This document shows positions 60,069 through 64,000 of a stretch of 64,000 bases of DNA, piece after piece. The first letter of the stretch is position 1. Each line of letters starts with the position of its first letter. The notes beneath the pieces were generated by a model, which made no database searches, had not been told where the DNA came from, and was given only the letters and a program-made list of their open reading frames with translations. This DNA is from Eubacteriales bacterium (lineage in GTDB: Bacteria > Bacillota > Clostridia > Oscillospirales > CAG-382), in assembly GCA_045587745.1 (NCBI GenBank), contig JAZNCU010000031.1:2330-66329 (forward strand), read 5' to 3'. The translations under genes were made by a program, and so were the position numbers.

Positions 60069-63000
60069 TTATCCAATCGTATACGTTCCGAGAACAACAC
60101 GCTTAAGCATAAGATAGTCGGTGCCGTTGACGTTTCCGTCACCGTTAATATCGGCTGCCGCCTTTTTCTCGTCCGAAAGGGCAAACGTGCCGAGTACCGC
60201 ACGCTTGAGCATAAGATAGTCGGTTGCGTTAACGTTTCCGTCACCGTTCAGATCGCCGAGAACGGTAACGAAGCCGGGGTCGTCAGGATCGCCCGGATCG
60301 GGATCGGGGTTGCCCGGATCGGGATCGGGATCGGGCTCGGGGTCCCCTTTTTCGATTTGCTTCTCTGCTCCGCACAGGATACAGCGGCTCAGAATATACT
60401 TATCGGTCTCCTCAAGCACCTCCCAGGTATGCTCGGCACCGTCGGTGCGTGCCTCACCGCACACAGAGCAGCTCTCGGAGCAAACGTAGCCGTAGGAATG
60501 CCCTGCATCCCTCTCCTCGCCGCAATTATTGCAATCTCTGTCGCACTCGTTATCATAGGAATGTCCCCCGACAGGCTTTACGTATCCGCACAGATTGCAC
60601 TCTTTATCGCAGGAATTGTCATAGCTGTGCGAGGCTTTTGGAGCAACAAAGGCACCGCACTCGTCACACGTAACGTCACAATCGCTCACACACACGTGGG
60701 GCGCCGTTCTCCAACTGCCGCAGGCGTTGCATACGGTATCGCAATCGCCGTCGTAGGTATGTCCTGCATCACGGGTATGTCCGCACTCGGAGCAGTCGGG
60801 GTCGCAGGAATTGTCAAAGGAGTGAGGCGCTTCACGCTCATCCCCGCATCTGTCGCAGACGGAATCGCAGTCACTCTCAAACTCGTGCGGCAATATCTGA
60901 CGTATATATCCGCACTCGGGACAATCGGTGTCGCATCCGTTTTCGTAGGTGTGGACATGTCCCCAATGCACCGTCGCATCGCAATTTCTGTTCCAATCGG
61001 TGCTCCAGGTGCTGCTCTGCGAGGCGTCGCCGCAATAAATGTCGGCCAGCGCCGAGTTTCCGTTGGGATCGATAGCATGTACCTGCCTGATCCCTGCGGG
61101 AATATACACTTTTGTCAGCGAGGTACAGCCCTCAAAAACTCCCCGGCCGATATTGATCGTGCTTTCGGGAATAGCTATGCTCTCCAGCGAGCTGCAGTGA
61201 GCAAAGGCATAGGCCTCTATAAAGCTGACCCCCTCGGGAACAATCACCGAGGAAATGGAGTCTAATCCGTAAAACGCACCGTTCTCTATTCCTTTGATAC
61301 TGCCGTCCATCGGAATTTCTGAGTTGTTACAGCCCTGAACCAGATAGCTGTCGGAGCGGCGGATAATGCAGTTCCCCTCGGAATAGTAATGCCCGTTACC
61401 ATCCTCAACGGTAAGGCTCTCAAGGCTGTCGCAGGAGCCAAACGCCTGGGTATTTATATATTCTACCGACTCGGGAATCACCGCCGAGGTAATTCCGCAG
61501 CCGTAAAACGCATTGTTCTCTATTGTTTTTAGATTATCGGGAAGCTCGACCGAGGTAAGATTGCTGCAAAACGCAAAGGCGTACGGTCCGATTTCCTCGG
61601 CAGAAAACAGCTTTAGTGTGGATGCGTGTCCGCCTCGAAACGCCTGGTTTCCGATATTTTTGACCGAAACACCTATCGCCACCGAGCTTGCCGGGCAGGA
61701 ATAAAACGCATAGTCTCCGATATCGGTTACAAACTCCGGAACAGAAACAGCCGTGTTTACCGCACCCGAGTAAAATGCGTAGTCTCCTATGCTCACAAGG
61801 CTTTTTGGAAGCGATATCGAGGTCAGTCTTGCGCTTTTGTAAAAGGCGTATGCTCCGATATGGGTAACGCCCTCCTCAACCACCACTCGCAGATGATCGC
61901 TGTTTGTGCGCCAGGGCAGATTTGCGTACTCGGCATCAAAATAGGTGTAATCCGTCATAGCACCCTCACCGTAGATAACGAGCGTAAAGGTGTCGGTGTC
62001 GAGCTTCCAGTAAACCGACTCGCCGCACTCGCCCGTGCTCTCGTAATCGGTCTCGCTGTTTATGCAGTTGGTCATAAGCGAGGCATCGCAGTGCCGCCTC
62101 CAGCCGCTGTCCCAACCTGCCGCAGAGCCGCCGCAAAAGATGCTTGCGAGCATATCACAGCCCGAAAACACACTTGGACCGACGTAGGTAACACTCTCGG
62201 GAATATAAACGTCGGCAACCGAGCTGCAGCCCGAAAACGCCGAGTTATGTATTTCGGTTATGCCGTTGGGAATGGATATCGAGGTCATACGGTCCATGCC
62301 CGTAAAGGCGCACTCGCCAATAACCGTAACGCTTCCGTCATCGGGAATGACCGACAGGGTACAGCCCTGAACGACAGTTCCGCTGTCACGCTCAATAATG
62401 CAGTTGCTCTCGCTGTAAAAAGCCTCGTTATCGGGATCGACCGTCAGCTCCGAAAGACTGCGGCAACAGCCAAGGGTGAGGGGATAAAGCTCGGTTACAC
62501 CTGCAGGGAGCTCAAAGCTGACAAGCGAGGAGCAGCCGTAAAACGCACTCGAGCCGATATAGGTCACGTCGTCCGAGAAGCCAACCGACGTCAGCGAGGT
62601 GCAGCATTCAAACAGATCGTCGCTAATGACTGTAACTCCCTCGGGAAGCTCTATCTCGGTAAGCGACTCGCAGAACGCAAAAGCACCGACGGAAACAGAC
62701 TCGAGTCCCTCGGGAAGCTCTATCTCCAAAAGGCTTTCACACCGATAAAATGCGCTATTGCCGATATGAGTAATACTATCGGAAAGAAGGACCGACTCGG
62801 CCGAACAACAATCCATAAACGCATAATCGCCGACGGAGGTTATTCCCTCCCCGACAACTATCGCAGTAATGTCCTCGTTATGCTCCTCCCAGGGGCGGTA
62901 GCCCGGCTCACTCCCGGGCATATCACCAAAACCGCTGACCGTGAGAGTGCCGGTTGCCGAGTCGAACGCCCAGCCGATATCCTCGTTATACTCGCCGTTA

Positions 63001-63080
63001 TCGGCGGCATACGCCGTAAAAGGACAGACCGAAAGAGCTGTGCAAGCGACAAGAAGTAAAGAAACAATACGTTTTTTCAT
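60069..63080 (-). CDS. secreted multidomain protein: BspA-type leucine-rich repeats, a tandem His-Cys3 repeat array, a Pro/Asp linker and a type-I dockerin
   Basis: Signal peptide MKKRIVSLLLVACTALSVCPFTAYA (start at 63080). Many LRR_5-like units follow (e.g. IGDYAF..C..L.S..LP..L..I...AF..C). The Cys repeats, linker and dockerin are listed as separate features. Confidence 0.8.
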   Translation of the reverse strand: MKKRIVSLLLVACTALSVCPFTAYAADNGEYNEDIGWAFDSATGTLTVSGFGDMPGSEPGYRPWEEHNEDITAIVVGEGITSVGDYAFMDCCSAESVLLSDSITHIGNSAFYRCESLLEIELPEGLESVSVGAFAFCESLTEIELPEGVTVISDDLFECCTSLTSVGFSDDVTYIGSSAFYGCSSLVSFELPAGVTELYPLTLGCCRSLSELTVDPDNEAFYSESNCIIERDSGTVVQGCTLSVIPDDGSVTVIGECAFTGMDRMTSISIPNGITEIHNSAFSGCSSVADVYIPESVTYVGPSVFSGCDMLASIFCGGSAAGWDSGWRRHCDASLMTNCINSETDYESTGECGESVYWKLDTDTFTLVIYGEGAMTDYTYFDAEYANLPWRTNSDHLRVVVEEGVTHIGAYAFYKSARLTSISLPKSLVSIGDYAFYSGAVNTAVSVPEFVTDIGDYAFYSCPASSVAIGVSVKNIGNQAFRGGHASTLKLFSAEEIGPYAFAFCSNLTSVELPDNLKTIENNAFYGCGITSAVIPESVEYINTQAFGSCDSLESLTVEDGNGHYYSEGNCIIRRSDSYLVQGCNNSEIPMDGSIKGIENGAFYGLDSISSVIVPEGVSFIEAYAFAHCSSLESIAIPESTINIGRGVFEGCTSLTKVYIPAGIRQVHAIDPNGNSALADIYCGDASQSSTWSTDWNRNCDATVHWGHVHTYENGCDTDCPECGYIRQILPHEFESDCDSVCDRCGDEREAPHSFDNSCDPDCSECGHTRDAGHTYDGDCDTVCNACGSWRTAPHVCVSDCDVTCDECGAFVAPKASHSYDNSCDKECNLCGYVKPVGGHSYDNECDRDCNNCGEERDAGHSYGYVCSESCSVCGEARTDGAEHTWEVLEETDKYILSRCILCGAEKQIEKGDPEPDPDPDPGNPDPDPGDPDDPGFVTVLGDLNGDGNVNATDYLMLKRAVLGTFALSDEKKAAADINGDGNVNGTDYLMLKRVVLGTYTIG
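60072..60272 (-). other. type-I dockerin module (two Ca-binding F-hand segments)
   Basis: DLNGDGNVNATDYLMLKRAVLG and DINGDGNVNGTDYLMLKRVVLG, separated by 12 residues, at the extreme C-terminus. Confidence 0.85.
60273..60347 (-). repeat. GGATCG-rich hexanucleotide tract encoding a Pro/Asp linker
   Basis: The plus strand reads ...CGGATCGGGATCGGGGTTGCCCGGATCGGGATCGGGATCGGGCTCGGGG..., which encodes GDPEPDPDPDPGNPDPDPGDPDDPG. Confidence 0.8.
60348..60959 (-). repeat. eight to nine tandem units of about 21-23 aa with the pattern H-x-[YF]-[DE]-x-x-C-D-x-x-C-x-x-C-G
   Basis: Units: HTYENGCDTDCPECG, HEFESDCDSVCDRCG, HSFDNSCDPDCSECG, HTYDGDCDTVCNACG, HVCVSDCDVTCDECG, HSYDNSCDKECNLCG, HSYDNECDRDCNNCG, HSYGYVCSESCSVCG, and a degenerate last unit. 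Confidence 0.85.
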
Positions 63081-63143
63081 TTTGTTTACCTGCCTTAAAA
63101 ATCCCTTGTTTATCAACGTACGGAGCCCTATATATCCCTGCCG

Positions 63144-63812
63144 TCAGCTCCCAAAAAAGTTAACGCTGCCTCCGAGCACGTATATCAGCACAGCGGCGCA
63201 ACCTGCCGCCAAAAGCGCCGAGCAGATCGCCAAAAGGACGGTCTTTGTGCCAAATCGGTAGCCGCTTTCTGCCCCCTCGATAAGCCGGGCACGTCTGAGC
63301 GCCTGTGTTACAGGCTTGTAGATGATGAGCATCACCGCCGAGTTCATCGCCGTCTTGCATAGGTTAAAGGGCAAAAGCAGAGTGGGAAGCATATCTATTA
63401 CCGCAGTGCGGTCAACTCCCATATAGTACGGCGTGATAAACAGATTTGCCAGAAGCATTACCGAGGTCGTCGTCACCACCGCAAGCACCGATGCGACTAT
63501 CGCACCCGAAAAGGTGCGGCGGTATTTGTAAATCGTTCCCACCGTCAGCACAAAAGCTCCGGAGGATAAAAAGTTCATTATAAATCCGTAAATGCCCGTG
63601 TCACTCACCGAGAGCAGCTCGAGTAGTGCAACGCCAAGCGCACCCGCAAGCCCGTAAAACGGCCCGTAAAGCAGACCGATAAGCGACAGCACGGCGTCCT
63701 TAAAATCAAAGGTAAGGAAGGAAACCTTGAAGCGGAACACAAACATCGCCGCATAGGCAAAGGCGCAGAGCATTGCCGTAACCGACAGCCTGCGTAATCT
63801 TACTCTGTTCAT
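63144..63812 (-). CDS. ribU: ECF-transporter S component, riboflavin-specific (RibU-like)
   Basis: 222 aa with 5-6 TM segments and the RibU-like motifs LYGPFYGLAGA and LLPFNLCKTAMN. It lies directly downstream of an FMN riboswitch. The start at 63812 follows GGAGAGG. Confidence 0.7.
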   Translation of the reverse strand: MNRVRLRRLSVTAMLCAFAYAAMFVFRFKVSFLTFDFKDAVLSLIGLLYGPFYGLAGALGVALLELLSVSDTGIYGFIMNFLSSGAFVLTVGTIYKYRRTFSGAIVASVLAVVTTTSVMLLANLFITPYYMGVDRTAVIDMLPTLLLPFNLCKTAMNSAVMLIIYKPVTQALRRARLIEGAESGYRFGTKTVLLAICSALLAAGCAAVLIYVLGGSVNFFGS

Positions 63813-63836
63813 AACAGCCTCTCCAAAAACAAAAAC

Positions 63837-63860
63837 TCTCCCAAAACAAACCTCGGGAGA
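63837..63860 (-). terminator. candidate expression-platform terminator of the FMN riboswitch
   Basis: On the minus strand, TCTCCC-n12-GGGAGA is followed by GTTTTTGTTTTTGG. The stem is only 6 bp, so support is weak. Confidence 0.35.
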
Positions 63861-63887
63861 TCGGAACACAAGCGTTTTGCTCAAAAA

Positions 63888-63997
63888 ATCTTCTTCCTTC
63901 CTGACTATAACAGTCGGTACCGGAATCCAACCGGTTCGTGCCGAGAACGGCTTGCGGACTATACCGCCGATCGGGAGTTACACCCTGCCCCGAAGAT
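63888..63997 (-). ncRNA. FMN riboswitch (RFN element) aptamer
   Basis: The minus strand reads AUCUUCGGGGCAGGGUGUAACUCCCGAUCGGCGGUAUAGUCCGCAAGCC...GGUUGGAUUCCGGUACCGACUGUUAUAGUCAGGAAGGAAGAAGAU. This matches the conserved RFN core, as in the B. subtilis ribD leader: CUUCGGGGCAGGGUGAAAUUCCCGACCGGCGGUA...GGAUUC...CCGACAGU.UAGUCUGGAUG.GAAGAAG. Confidence 0.85.
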
Positions 63998-64000
63998 ATA

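Noticed and set aside
1-64000. Search for mobile elements, prophage, defence systems, toxin-antitoxin pairs, rRNA and tRNA
   Set aside because: I recognised no integrase, transposase, recombinase, phage structural, restriction-modification, Cas, Abi or TA-like motifs in any frame. I saw no cloverleaf-like tRNA or rRNA sequence. This is a by-eye negative and should be confirmed with tRNAscan-SE, Infernal, ISfinder and DefenseFinder/PADLOC.

Overview
This is a gene-dense 64-kb chromosomal segment from a moderately GC-rich Gram-positive anaerobe of the Clostridia. A type-I dockerin module and an aryl-acid/indolepyruvate gene set suggest a Ruminococcus-like cellulosome producer, but that assignment is inference. 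I call about 50 CDS, one FMN riboswitch, about 10 intrinsic terminators and about 12 near-consensus sigma-A promoters.

I recognised no rRNA, tRNA, CRISPR array, transposase, integrase, prophage or known defence genes.

Gene content from left to right:
- 1-12.5 kb: a surface-glycan locus with glycosyltransferases, Wzy, Wzx, a CapE-type dehydratase, a DegT aminotransferase, a fused nucleotidyltransferase/GHMP kinase, and a convergent TagGH/Wzm-Wzt-type ABC exporter.
- A CDF metal exporter divergent from a TetR gene, then an orphan acyltransferase-like/metallophosphoesterase pair.
- argH-argG, then a gtrA-flavoprotein pair.
- A DHFR-like gene translationally coupled to a secreted nuclease.
- 23-32 kb: an envelope-modification neighbourhood with a GDPD protein, a DUF4358-like lipoprotein, an MBOAT and two AlgJ/DHHW-type proteins.
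- 32-39 kb: an aryl-acid operon with an SSS symporter, two PaaK-type ligases, IorAB and an ACT protein.
- nrdR, nfnAB, mtaD-ahcY-deoD, a large discoidin-repeat lipoprotein and hom.
- A pair of ABC half-transporters with zinc-ribbon N-domains flanking a DUF1854-like gene, followed by glyQS, rpiR and a BaiN-like flavoprotein.
- An LRR/Cys-repeat/dockerin surface protein, and ribU under an FMN riboswitch.

No single feature is a clear novel system. The most unusual items are the ABC/DUF1854 trio, the His-Cys3 repeat array in the dockerin protein, the fused kinase/nucleotidyltransferase, the DHFR-like/nuclease pair, the deaminating SAH-recycling operon and a duplicated 136/137-bp intergenic module.

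All family assignments come from motif recognition by eye and need profile searches to confirm.
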